In this document: positions 45,943 to 56,104 of the stretch, in pieces
How the letters are laid out: every line of letters starts with the position of its first letter
Position numbering within the stretch: the first letter of the stretch is position 1
Assembly: GCA_037129835.1 (NCBI GenBank)
Contig: JBAXUE010000005.1
Coordinates: 13,975-77,974, forward strand
Length of the DNA: 64,000 nucleotides
Origin: a bacterium
Lineage (GTDB): Bacteria; Patescibacteriota; CPR2; UBA1875; CAIMLA01
Direction of reading: 5' to 3'
Translations under genes and position numbers: made by a program
The notes under the pieces: model-generated
Told to the model about the DNA's origin: nothing
Seen by the model: the letters and a program-made list of their open reading frames with translations, nothing else
The model's database searches: none

Positions 45943-48900
45943 GTGAGGGTAATGAAACCTAGAAAAGCTCAATTCAGAGATGAACGAAAACGAGCTATGG
46001 TCAGACCTTCTGTGTTTGCTTATTTTAGTGTACGTAAAATATTACAAAAGGTTAAAAATTGGGCTTCGGAGAGCTATTTTGTGAGGTTATTCAGAACTTA
46101 TCGGTTATCCCCAGTGATGTTTGGAAAATCTAGGTCTCATAGGCAATTTAAGCCTCAAAAGGTGAGAATATCTATTATGAAGCGAATCCGTTTGTTTTAT
46201 TTTGAGTTATTATATCTACCACACCTCTTTGCTAGAAAACCGCACGACACTGCCTATAAGAATATTAAAATATATAAAAAATACATGGATCATCCTGCTT
46301 CGGGTCCGATAAACCGTTCTGTTGTGGCTGGGTTCTTGGCTTCGACCCTGATATTTTTGACACTTCAATATGTAATGCCAAATGTATTTAATCTTTTTAC
46401 CCCCAATAGGGTAGAGGCATCATCAACGCCGATAACTTGGACCAGTAATGCCGATTTCAATACAAATGCAGTGACCACTGGGACAGCCACCACTATATCC
46501 TCAACTAACGCGACCCCGAACATTATTGTGAGCAATAATCAAATGAAATTGAATACTGGCGCTGGGGTACCCATAGTCCAAACAAGTACATTTACAGTAC
46601 CGGCACTTGTAACAAGTATTAGTGTAAATATCTCCGGCGGCGGCGGCGGAGGTGGTGGTGGGGGTTATAGTTCTCGTCTTAGACAATATTCTGGTACTGC
46701 TGGAACTGCAGGTACTTTTTCAAGTATTAATGTCGGAGGGATGACATTTACTGCAAATGGTGGTAGTGGTGGTGGTGGTGGTTCCCCAAATACAACTACG
46801 CCTGGAGCAAACGGGGCTAGCGGTAGCACTCCTTTCAGCGGATATCCATCGCTAAGTGGGATTCCTGGCGGCGGTGCTGTCGGTGGAGCAGGTGGATCAG
46901 CATATGCCGCCATGTATATCGCTAGTGCTGGCGGAAGTGGCGGTGCTGGGGGAGTAATAACTGGCACAATTTCAGTTACGCCTGGTCAAGTCGTAACATT
47001 AGTTACTGGGATAGCGGGTCAAGGCGGCACAAGCCAGTCTTATTCTGGCTCTGGCTCTAGCGGCGGGGCTGGTTTATCTCAGGTAACTTACATATTGCCA
47101 TATAGACCAAGCGGCAATATTTCTGGACTAAAAGTAGATGCTGGTAATGGTGTGAACTATAACTGGGAAAGCATCAATTGGAAATCACAATCCTTGCCCG
47201 CAGATACTTCTATCTCTTTTCAAGTCAGAACTAGTGATAATAATGCAAACTGGTCGGCTTGGGGTGGTCCCTTTACCCAAACTGTGGCTGGTAGTATCTC
47301 TGGAACGGGCAGTATTTCTAGTATGGCGATGTCTCGATATTTAGAAATATATATAATCTTAAATTCACCATTGCAATACTCAACGCCCATCCTTGACGAA
47401 TTTACAATAAACCACAATTCTGTCGAGGCGCCCCTGAATAATGCGACGACACTTTCAAGGATAAATAATGTAAGGTTAAAAAAGTCGACAGGTGGCGAGT
47501 TACCCGCAGGTTCACCAGGAGGAACTACGAGTGAGACCGGCATAAAAGTCACTACAACTGGTCTAAGCTGTGTCGGATGTGCAGTCTCTTATAATCCTTT
47601 TGTCGAAGTGGAATACAAACCAGTCGGGACGGCATTTGACGGCGCTACCAATCTCTTTACGGGTACGGCTGATGGTACTAATACATCTGTGGCAACCATA
47701 AGTGGCCTTCCTACGAGCACTAGCTATCATCTGCAGATGAGGGCTAGAGATGCTCAGGGCAGGGCTTCTAATTGGGTACCATATGGCACGGCTCCAGAAA
47801 ATATTAATGAAGCAGATTTTATTATCGATCATGTTTCTCCTATAGGTTCGATTACTGGTTGGAAATCTAAAACTAATGTAGCAAATGTCTTGTATGGAGA
47901 TAAATACTACGCATCATCGCGAGATATTAAGATTGCTTTTACCGCAACAGATGCCGGTGGCTCGAATCTATCACATGTTCAATTTTCTAATGACGGTAAT
48001 AGCTGGGGGAGTGTAGCTTTGGCAAATGGGGTTGATGGGTTACCAAACACGATTGATGATGTATATACTTTTGTTTCTGACGGAACTAGTCCGATCACGG
48101 GTGCTTATTATGCTGGAGATATTCCTTGGCAGCTTACAGCAAATGACGGTCAAAAGTTAGTCTATTATAGAGTGGTTGATAATGCGAATAATCAAACACC
48201 TTCGTATGTTTGGAGTGTACAACAAGATTTCAACGGTATAACGCAAGGGACACTGGCTACGCTGAATAATATTGATCTCGTTACAAATCCAGACTCAATC
48301 GGAATCTCTACTTTATCGACACCGATCGTTCAAACTTATAGTACGCCTGGTGATTATAGTTTTGCTGTACCTGCTGATGTCGTGACGATGTCTGTTGAGG
48401 TTATCGGTGCTGGAGGCGGAGGTGATACACCAACTACTGGTGGTGCCGGGGGTCCATCGACATTGAGCATAAATGGAAATCCTTCATATTATGTGACTTC
48501 AAATGGTGGTGCAGGCGGTGGAGTAGTGGGAGGGACTTCGGTCGGTGGGTTTGCGGGGCTTACAGCTATAGATGGTCAAGGCGGTGCTGGTGGTGCTACT
48601 GGAACTGAATCAACATTTGTTCCAGCGGGCCCAGACTATGATGATTGTGACCCCCCTAATATAATAGGTTGGCATGATGCGCATTGGGACACTGTTTACT
48701 ATTCAAATGGCGGTGCGGGGGGTAAAGTAACAGGGAATATAACTCCAGTTACAGTGGCGGGGCAAACCTTATCTATAAATGTTGGTGCAGGTGGTGTGGG
48801 GGCAACCGATAGTGCTCCGGATAGTACAAACGCCGGTAATGGTGATAACGGGAGTATTAAAATTACTTATACTACACCTAGCGCTTTTCTGAAAGGAACT

Positions 48901-51900
48901 ATAGGAAATACCGGTGTCGGATTGCGAGTCGGTGATGAGACGAACGGGGTAAAACAAACATGGTCTAGCATGAACTGGTCAGCGACAGGCTTGAGTGCTC
49001 TAAATAAAATTGGCGTCAAGGTACGAGCTTCCGATGTATATGGCAGTGGAAGTTACGTAAATCCATCAAATAATACTAATAGTTTTTATTATTTAAGCTC
49101 TGGAACCTCCGGAGTGATTCCAATATCAGCAAGTATATCTAAGACGAAAACAATTGAAGTTCAGCTAGAGCTCAATGGAGATGGTCTGACCTCGCCGATA
49201 CTAAATGATCTATCTATATCTGCTCTACAGGATCCATCAGCAATCACACTAGAAAGTATTGCACCAACAGGAACGGTAGTCGTAAAGGACGCCACTACTA
49301 GTAGTACTACGTATGCAAAATCCAAAGCTGTTAAGCTTATCATGACTTCTTCGGATGCAGGTTCGGGGGTTAAGGATTTTCAGGTTTCAAATGACGGGAC
49401 TAACTGGGGTACATATACTGATGCAAGTGGAGTAATCTTGGATACAGTAGGAAACTGCACTACTCCAAAAAGTTGGGACGAGACAACCTTAACTTGTTTT
49501 AAGCCTTGGGATTCTTCCTATAGTTCCACGGGCTATACTGCCTGGAGCCTTGGTGGATCAGACGGGCCAAAGACTATTTATGTACGTTACCGAGACAACG
49601 CAGGTAATATTTCTGGTGCGTCAGGATTATATACAACGCCGAATACATACAGCTATACTGTACCGGCAGGTATTACTAGTCTGTATGTGGACATAATGGG
49701 TGGCGGTGGTGGTGGTTCAGCTCCTTACTTTACCTCTGGTTTTGGGGGTGGTCCATCGTCGATAACTGTTGGAGCTAGTACTTATACTGCAGCAGGGGGC
49801 TGTGGTGGTAGTGGTGAGTTTGGACCTGGAACTTGTTCTTCTTTGCCAACAAATAATATTGGATTAACAGTTGTTACTGGCGGCGGCGGTGTTGGTGGAG
49901 CACCAGAGTGTTCTGACGGTTGCGGTGAACCGGGGGCTCCTGGGGATAGAGTCTATGGAAATATCAATGTTACCCCTGGTCAAGTGATAACACTTATAGT
50001 TGGCGCTGGGGGTCTTCCTGGTGGGGGTTATGATGGGGAGCCATTGCCAGGTTCAGCTGGTTCAATTTCTTACAACGTTGGTGCAAAAGCAGATATTGTC
50101 CTTGACACTGCTGGTCCAACAGGAGGCACGATAACCTCCCCTGACGGTTTTATCACCGCTACTTCAAATGCTCTAGTGGTTAACGATGGCACAGATACAG
50201 CTAGCGGAGTTGATACAGCCACAAGGAAAGTCCAACGAAAATCAGCCACACTTTCTGCTGGCGTTTGTGGCAGTTATGGTTCCTTCGCCGATATTACCAC
50301 TACTGGAACTTATCCGAACTTTGTTGATGGGACAATCGCCTCAGATAACTGTTACCAATACCAATATTTGGTTTCTGACAAGGCCGGTCACCAAACTATT
50401 TATACAAGCACTGGTATTGCAAAGGTGGATAATGCCGGTCCTGCGGGTGGTTCTATCTCATATAATAGTGGTTATTTTACCGCTACCTCAATAGCCCTAA
50501 CTGCAAGTGATGGCACAGATACAGCTAGTGGTGTGAATATCGCAAGTAGAATAATGCAAAGAAAATCAGCAACGCTCTCGGCAGGAACATGTGGAGCATA
50601 TGGGTCATTCGCGACCATTACTCCTACCGGGTCTTATCCGAACTTTACAGACACGACGGTTGTAAATGCGAACTGTTACCAATATCAATATCTAGTATCA
50701 GATAATTCTGCCAATAGAAAGACCTACACCACAACAAATGTAGCAAGGGTGGATACGGTCGCTCCCACTACTACGGGTTCTATTACAGCCGGTACGACGG
50801 GAGCTAACGACTGGTACAAAGAAGATAATGTCACATATACTCTCATTCCTGCAGATGTAACTTCGACGGTGGCAACCACTATGTACTGCTTGGACACAAT
50901 CGGCAACTGTAGCCCAACCACAGTATTAACGACACCATTTCATATCACTCTTTCAACGGAGTCAGCGACAAACCATATACGTTACAAATCAACTGATAAT
51001 GCTGGGAATGTACAGACTGTTGTAGATTCCGGAGTTATCAAGCTAGACAAAACGGGACCAAACGGTTCGGTAACAGTAAATAGTGGTGATAAGGCCACCA
51101 ATGATCCTGAATTAAAAGCAAACCTAGCCTTTACTCTCAATGACTCACTTTCTGGTGTTGAGAAATATCAGATAGATAATAATGATAATGCTTGGCTACC
51201 ATCCACTCCTGTTGATATATCTACTTCGGGTGCTTCTATGTCTGGTACTTACCCAAATTGGCAGCTAGCACCTGCTGGTGATGGTAGAAAAGTAGTAAGA
51301 ATAAAACTTACCGACCTCGCTGGTAATGAGGTAACTAATATAACCAATTGGATTGCTTATGATACGACACCGCCAAGTTCTGTAAACACGATAGTTGTAA
51401 AAAACGGAGATAATCTTTCACAAACACTAGAAGCAAATGGACACTCGCAGGGATGGTATACATATAATAAACCACAGTTCAACTTTGGCGCCGTCGATGA
51501 TGAATCGGGTATCAAGGAATTTAAATATTGTTTCTACCGAGCTGCAGATGAGAACTGCGACTATAGTGTTAACACGCCAATACCAGCGATAGAAGAAGGG
51601 GAGACAAGTACCTATAAAGCAAACTATATGCCGACTCTTACGGACTTAAGACAAGGTGCTTTAACCTTTAAGGTAAAGGGTGTCGACTATGTCGGCCTCG
51701 AGTCTCCTGTTGCAACATATATCTATAAATATGATGTGACCTTACCAGGTAGGGTATCTGGTTTTTCCGCTTCGAAGGGAACAGAAGAAACAACAGTAAA
51801 GCTTACTTGGAATGTGGCAAATATTGATACTGGATACCAGGCGCCTATAGAACAATACAAGATTGAGAGACTGCTTGCATCCGAATATACCAGCGGACTC

Positions 51901-54900
51901 GGTGTAGACGGTAATTGGGCAGAAACAATAAACGGTACGAAAATGTATCCAAGTTATTATTCTATAGTCTTGGATACTGTAACTGATTCGGCTAAGATTC
52001 CAAAAATAGATAATATCTATAACTATCGTGACGAAACTATGGAAAATTCTACTAAATATATCTATCGTATCTCTGCAAAAGATTTTTCTAATACTACTCC
52101 TAACGATGGCTTTGGACCACCGCCTGTCAACGAGCCAGCGTTTGAGACTTATGGTTATACAAAGGATAGTAAGACTCCAGAGATAATGCCTTCCGGCGTG
52201 ACGGCGGATGTATGTGATGGGGCCAGTCTCTATAATATCGTTTCAAGCCCAACAGGTAATTGTACTGATCTCTCTAAGAGGGCCAAAGAGGTTAAGGTGT
52301 CTTGGTCGGGAGCTTCTGACAAAGGCTCGGGAATTGATTATTATGAAATCTATCGTCGAGAAGGCTATAGTAGCATGGATTTAACAGGTTGGACAGTGGT
52401 GGGGACATCCCCCGAAACAAATGATAGTCTTATTGTTAGACGAGTATTTTTTGATGAGACTGTGCTTGATGCTAAAAAATATTCATATCGTATTGTGGCT
52501 TATGATAATGCAAGGCCCATTCCTGCGAATAGTACAGATCTTATTTTGAATAATGACGAAACTGACGTCACGAATGCTACTATTATTCCAGCAGAAGTTC
52601 CCGACATCACCGCACCAATTGTGCCAGACGCATTTGGTATTTTACCGCTAGGTATTGATTATAATAATCCCGCAAAAGACGCAAACGGCGACCCCTTTCA
52701 GAAAGTAATGATCAGTTGGAAACAAACAACTGACAACTATGCAAACACCAGCATAACTTATGACCTTTACTTTAAGAACGTGGCCTCTGAGGAACCTTTT
52801 GAACAAATACATACCGAATCGTCGGAGCCTTACGACCCAGCTGTTATCCCTCCTGCCACGGAACCACCAACTAAATTATCGTTCTCTTATAGTCAGACAG
52901 GTCTAGAAGGATTAACATCGTATTATTATCAACTAAAGGTTACTGACTCGGACGGAAACACCGCCACTAGTAGTACTAAAGTAATAACTACGGGAAACAG
53001 CGCTGCACCAACACCTCCAACAGAAGTCGAAGTTAGAAATGATGTCAATTCTTTAACCAATGCGAGTACTCAGCTTGCAGTTTCATATCGAGGAAGCTGG
53101 TCTAGAAAGTGTAACTCAGTTACAAAGGCAAACTGTATTATCGGATACGAGGCATACCAAACAACCAGTAATATTTCTCCAGATATCGACGGCAGTCAGA
53201 CAGTAACTGATTCTGACAACTGTAGTTTGACTGAAACGCCAGATGATTGTTGGATAAGAATCAATAGTGCTACTCTTGTTAATAATCAAACACTAAACCC
53301 AATAGAAGATGAGAGATATACAAGCAAGAGAAGCTTTGTTGCAAATAATCTGATCTCGGCAACCAGGTATTATTATAGAGTTCGAGCAATCGATAATAGT
53401 ACAGATGTCGTCGGTGGATTGAAGTCAGCTTTTTCAACAACATTCGAAGAAACAAAACATAAAACAAATGACCTTCCGGATTCTGGCTGGGATATAACAA
53501 GGGACCTTACTCCTCCTCCACTTCCAATAGATGGTCTAGAAGTTAAGGTACGTGATACCCATCCAAATTCTACTTTGCTGAGAAACTTAATTAGTTGGAA
53601 AATACTAAGTGAAAAACCCTTAAGAAAGAAACTTCCTTATGAAACAGCTTATAACGCTACGACGAATCCAAAGGGCTGTAAAATAGTGGTTGTGAGCGGT
53701 GTAGACTACTGTAACGACTTTTATAGTTATGAAGTATATCGAGAAGTAGTGGACTCTAATGATAAAGTGATTTACGAAACTTCTACCCCGATAAAGACAG
53801 AGATTAACCCTGAGACGAATTTCTATATCGATGAGATTGGCAACACAGATCTTATCGGTGGTACGGGCAACAGCTCATTACTTATCGACGCCAAAATAAG
53901 ATACTATGTCAAAGTCGTAGATAGTTCTACTCATAATTTCAACTATCCAGATGGCTCTAGTATTAATGCGCTTCCAAATAAAACCGAGAGGCAAAATTCT
54001 GCCTATACTATTATTCCAGCCAAAGCGATACCTGCCGTTATCGGCAGTGTAAGCTTAACTGATGTTAGCGTTACGACAGCTGTTGTTGGTTGGGCTACGG
54101 ATCAAGATACAGATTCCCTCGTTCAATATAGAGTCAAAGGAAGCACCGGGGATTGGGTAACTGTAGGCCAAGTTGAGAGAAGTTCTTCACATTCCGTGAG
54201 ACTTATCGGAATGCTCCCAAATACGGCATATGAGTACAAGCTAGTTTCTAGAAATTATCTCGATAACAGAGCTTTGTATGTTGAATCTTCTGTTCCTGAT
54301 CTGGCAACTACTGGCTTCAATATTACACCGGGTACTGTAACAACCACTACTTCTACAACTGAAGTTAAATGGACTACTAATCTAGACGCTTCATCGGCCT
54401 TTGTCGAGTATCAACTTCAAAAACAACCAGGTGATGACCCTCAGGGAGGTACTGCTGGCGTAGAACCGGCGGCTCTTGCTGCAAGTCCTGCAAATCATAA
54501 GGTAATCATCAAGGGTCTACGTTCATCCAGGACTTATACCTACAAGATTAAATCTATATCCAAAGATGGTTATCTCGCCGAACATCCTGCCGGTGAATTC
54601 GCAACATTCAAGACCAGGTCTTTCGATTCGGCCCAGTTTACTCTCTCTCCTTCATCTTCAAATGTTGCAGAAAGAAATATTACAGCTACCACAGCCCAGA
54701 TAGTTTGGCAGACAGAGAATCCCACTACCTCATGGGTGGATTACTCTACTACCTCAGGTGTTTACGATGGTGCGGCGGGTAATAATGATTTAGTAAGTTC
54801 TCATGTTGTAGTAATAGATGGTCTTATTCCAGGTACGAAGTATTTCTACAGGGTTCGGGTAAAAGATGTCAATGAAGTAGAATATACGTCTCAGGAGTAT

Positions 54901-55611
54901 TCTTTCACCGCTATTCTTAAGCCAAAGATTGCTAATATGTCAGTTAGAGACATTACCCCATACTCAGTTACTATTTCTTGGGAGACAAATGTTGATACCG
55001 AAACGATTCTTAACTGGGGTACAACGGCTGCTTATGGCGAAAAGAGGGGTATTACGGGAGAGTCCAAGGCCCATCAGATAAAGGTAGATAATCTCTTAGA
55101 CAATCAAGAATATCACTATCAGATTGTAGCGAAAGATGAGACTGGTAATGAAGTTGTTGATATTGACAAGATAGTTAGAACGCCGCTAGATACCGATGGG
55201 CCCAAGATTACAAATGCCAAGGTTGATATCCTTCCAATGGGCGAGAGCGACAGTACATCCTCTATTATCGTTTCCTGGCAGACAAATAAACCTGCCTCTA
55301 CACAAGTTAAATATGGGGAAGGAATGCTTGGAGGAGAGTATGCGAATGAGTCTGTAGAAGACCCATCTCTTAACAATTCTCATACGGTTATCATCAAGGG
55401 CCTTAGACCTGCATCGACTTATCATTACAAGATGATATCTAAGGATAAGCGTGCTAATGTAACAGAATCCCAGGATTATACGTTTGTTACCCCAACCAAA
55501 GAAAAATCTATTCTTCAACTTATTCTTAAATCACTAGAAGACACCTTTGCTTGGACAGGAAAACTCAACCAGTTCTTTGGTAAGCTGGGCAATAGGTTTA
55601 TGGGACGGTAA
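45943..55611 (+). CDS. giant (about 3,200 aa) extracellular/cell-surface protein with signal-anchor, Gly-rich beta-repeat modules, tandem internal repeats and multiple FN3-like domains
   Basis: Uninterrupted 9.67-kb ORF. Hydrophobic anchor VVAGFLASTLIFLTLQYV near the N-terminus. Poly-Gly runs. Repeated ~120-aa units (ASDGTDTASGV...NCYQYQYLVSD twice). Many FN3-type Tyr-corner motifs (YYYRVRAIDN, YEYKLVSRN, YFYRVRVKD, YHYQIVAKD, YHYKMISKD). Exact start uncertain (GTG 45943, ATG 45952 or ATG about 46177). Confidence 0.8.
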   Translation: MRVMKPRKAQFRDERKRAMVRPSVFAYFSVRKILQKVKNWASESYFVRLFRTYRLSPVMFGKSRSHRQFKPQKVRISIMKRIRLFYFELLYLPHLFARKPHDTAYKNIKIYKKYMDHPASGPINRSVVAGFLASTLIFLTLQYVMPNVFNLFTPNRVEASSTPITWTSNADFNTNAVTTGTATTISSTNATPNIIVSNNQMKLNTGAGVPIVQTSTFTVPALVTSISVNISGGGGGGGGGGYSSRLRQYSGTAGTAGTFSSINVGGMTFTANGGSGGGGGSPNTTTPGANGASGSTPFSGYPSLSGIPGGGAVGGAGGSAYAAMYIASAGGSGGAGGVITGTISVTPGQVVTLVTGIAGQGGTSQSYSGSGSSGGAGLSQVTYILPYRPSGNISGLKVDAGNGVNYNWESINWKSQSLPADTSISFQVRTSDNNANWSAWGGPFTQTVAGSISGTGSISSMAMSRYLEIYIILNSPLQYSTPILDEFTINHNSVEAPLNNATTLSRINNVRLKKSTGGELPAGSPGGTTSETGIKVTTTGLSCVGCAVSYNPFVEVEYKPVGTAFDGATNLFTGTADGTNTSVATISGLPTSTSYHLQMRARDAQGRASNWVPYGTAPENINEADFIIDHVSPIGSITGWKSKTNVANVLYGDKYYASSRDIKIAFTATDAGGSNLSHVQFSNDGNSWGSVALANGVDGLPNTIDDVYTFVSDGTSPITGAYYAGDIPWQLTANDGQKLVYYRVVDNANNQTPSYVWSVQQDFNGITQGTLATLNNIDLVTNPDSIGISTLSTPIVQTYSTPGDYSFAVPADVVTMSVEVIGAGGGGDTPTTGGAGGPSTLSINGNPSYYVTSNGGAGGGVVGGTSVGGFAGLTAIDGQGGAGGATGTESTFVPAGPDYDDCDPPNIIGWHDAHWDTVYYSNGGAGGKVTGNITPVTVAGQTLSINVGAGGVGATDSAPDSTNAGNGDNGSIKITYTTPSAFLKGTIGNTGVGLRVGDETNGVKQTWSSMNWSATGLSALNKIGVKVRASDVYGSGSYVNPSNNTNSFYYLSSGTSGVIPISASISKTKTIEVQLELNGDGLTSPILNDLSISALQDPSAITLESIAPTGTVVVKDATTSSTTYAKSKAVKLIMTSSDAGSGVKDFQVSNDGTNWGTYTDASGVILDTVGNCTTPKSWDETTLTCFKPWDSSYSSTGYTAWSLGGSDGPKTIYVRYRDNAGNISGASGLYTTPNTYSYTVPAGITSLYVDIMGGGGGGSAPYFTSGFGGGPSSITVGASTYTAAGGCGGSGEFGPGTCSSLPTNNIGLTVVTGGGGVGGAPECSDGCGEPGAPGDRVYGNINVTPGQVITLIVGAGGLPGGGYDGEPLPGSAGSISYNVGAKADIVLDTAGPTGGTITSPDGFITATSNALVVNDGTDTASGVDTATRKVQRKSATLSAGVCGSYGSFADITTTGTYPNFVDGTIASDNCYQYQYLVSDKAGHQTIYTSTGIAKVDNAGPAGGSISYNSGYFTATSIALTASDGTDTASGVNIASRIMQRKSATLSAGTCGAYGSFATITPTGSYPNFTDTTVVNANCYQYQYLVSDNSANRKTYTTTNVARVDTVAPTTTGSITAGTTGANDWYKEDNVTYTLIPADVTSTVATTMYCLDTIGNCSPTTVLTTPFHITLSTESATNHIRYKSTDNAGNVQTVVDSGVIKLDKTGPNGSVTVNSGDKATNDPELKANLAFTLNDSLSGVEKYQIDNNDNAWLPSTPVDISTSGASMSGTYPNWQLAPAGDGRKVVRIKLTDLAGNEVTNITNWIAYDTTPPSSVNTIVVKNGDNLSQTLEANGHSQGWYTYNKPQFNFGAVDDESGIKEFKYCFYRAADENCDYSVNTPIPAIEEGETSTYKANYMPTLTDLRQGALTFKVKGVDYVGLESPVATYIYKYDVTLPGRVSGFSASKGTEETTVKLTWNVANIDTGYQAPIEQYKIERLLASEYTSGLGVDGNWAETINGTKMYPSYYSIVLDTVTDSAKIPKIDNIYNYRDETMENSTKYIYRISAKDFSNTTPNDGFGPPPVNEPAFETYGYTKDSKTPEIMPSGVTADVCDGASLYNIVSSPTGNCTDLSKRAKEVKVSWSGASDKGSGIDYYEIYRREGYSSMDLTGWTVVGTSPETNDSLIVRRVFFDETVLDAKKYSYRIVAYDNARPIPANSTDLILNNDETDVTNATIIPAEVPDITAPIVPDAFGILPLGIDYNNPAKDANGDPFQKVMISWKQTTDNYANTSITYDLYFKNVASEEPFEQIHTESSEPYDPAVIPPATEPPTKLSFSYSQTGLEGLTSYYYQLKVTDSDGNTATSSTKVITTGNSAAPTPPTEVEVRNDVNSLTNASTQLAVSYRGSWSRKCNSVTKANCIIGYEAYQTTSNISPDIDGSQTVTDSDNCSLTETPDDCWIRINSATLVNNQTLNPIEDERYTSKRSFVANNLISATRYYYRVRAIDNSTDVVGGLKSAFSTTFEETKHKTNDLPDSGWDITRDLTPPPLPIDGLEVKVRDTHPNSTLLRNLISWKILSEKPLRKKLPYETAYNATTNPKGCKIVVVSGVDYCNDFYSYEVYREVVDSNDKVIYETSTPIKTEINPETNFYIDEIGNTDLIGGTGNSSLLIDAKIRYYVKVVDSSTHNFNYPDGSSINALPNKTERQNSAYTIIPAKAIPAVIGSVSLTDVSVTTAVVGWATDQDTDSLVQYRVKGSTGDWVTVGQVERSSSHSVRLIGMLPNTAYEYKLVSRNYLDNRALYVESSVPDLATTGFNITPGTVTTTTSTTEVKWTTNLDASSAFVEYQLQKQPGDDPQGGTAGVEPAALAASPANHKVIIKGLRSSRTYTYKIKSISKDGYLAEHPAGEFATFKTRSFDSAQFTLSPSSSNVAERNITATTAQIVWQTENPTTSWVDYSTTSGVYDGAAGNNDLVSSHVVVIDGLIPGTKYFYRVRVKDVNEVEYTSQEYSFTAILKPKIANMSVRDITPYSVTISWETNVDTETILNWGTTAAYGEKRGITGESKAHQIKVDNLLDNQEYHYQIVAKDETGNEVVDIDKIVRTPLDTDGPKITNAKVDILPMGESDSTSSIIVSWQTNKPASTQVKYGEGMLGGEYANESVEDPSLNNSHTVIIKGLRPASTYHYKMISKDKRANVTESQDYTFVTPTKEKSILQLILKSLEDTFAWTGKLNQFFGKLGNRFMGR

Positions 55612-55666
55612 TATTATTGTATCGTTTGGAATATAGTTCATAATATAGAGTAAGCTAGGAGGAATA

Positions 55667-56104
55667 ATGCTACAAAATACACAAAATACACAAAACATAC
55701 AACCTCAAACTGTAGAAAATATACCGGAGGGAGCTGTCGAATTACCTCAAGTCCAGGTGGAACAAGCCATACCGGCCGTAGAAAGTACTGTCGTATCAGA
55801 GCAGCTACCTACAAATATTGTGAGTAATAATACAGTGCAACAAGCTAATGATGCTGTTGTTGCCCAAGCGACCGTTACGGCGGTGGCTGCCGTTTCTGAT
55901 ACACCAAGAGCACTACCTCCGGTAAAAATTAAAGATGATACCATAGAGCTAAAAGGTGATGATATATATCTCAGAGAGGTGAAAAGAGTTATTAAAGAAG
56001 ATGCTGAAAACCCAGAAAAGCAAGAAGAAGATGCTGAAACAATTCAGGTCGATTATATGGCAAATCATTTTGGGGTTAAAATGAAGAGAGAGGAAGATGA
56101 GTAA
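55667..56104 (+). CDS. hypothetical Q/T/V-rich protein
   Basis: ATG 6 nt after AGGAGG. Stop abuts the next start. Confidence 0.5.
   Translation: MLQNTQNTQNIQPQTVENIPEGAVELPQVQVEQAIPAVESTVVSEQLPTNIVSNNTVQQANDAVVAQATVTAVAAVSDTPRALPPVKIKDDTIELKGDDIYLREVKRVIKEDAENPEKQEEDAETIQVDYMANHFGVKMKREEDE

Noticed and set aside
46501-55518. Short antisense or alternate-frame ORFs inside the giant gene (for example 46665..46967-, 47220..47552-, 50186..50494+)
   Set aside because: They are nested within a long well-behaved ORF. Their compositions (poly-Pro from antisense Gly codons) are typical shadow ORFs.
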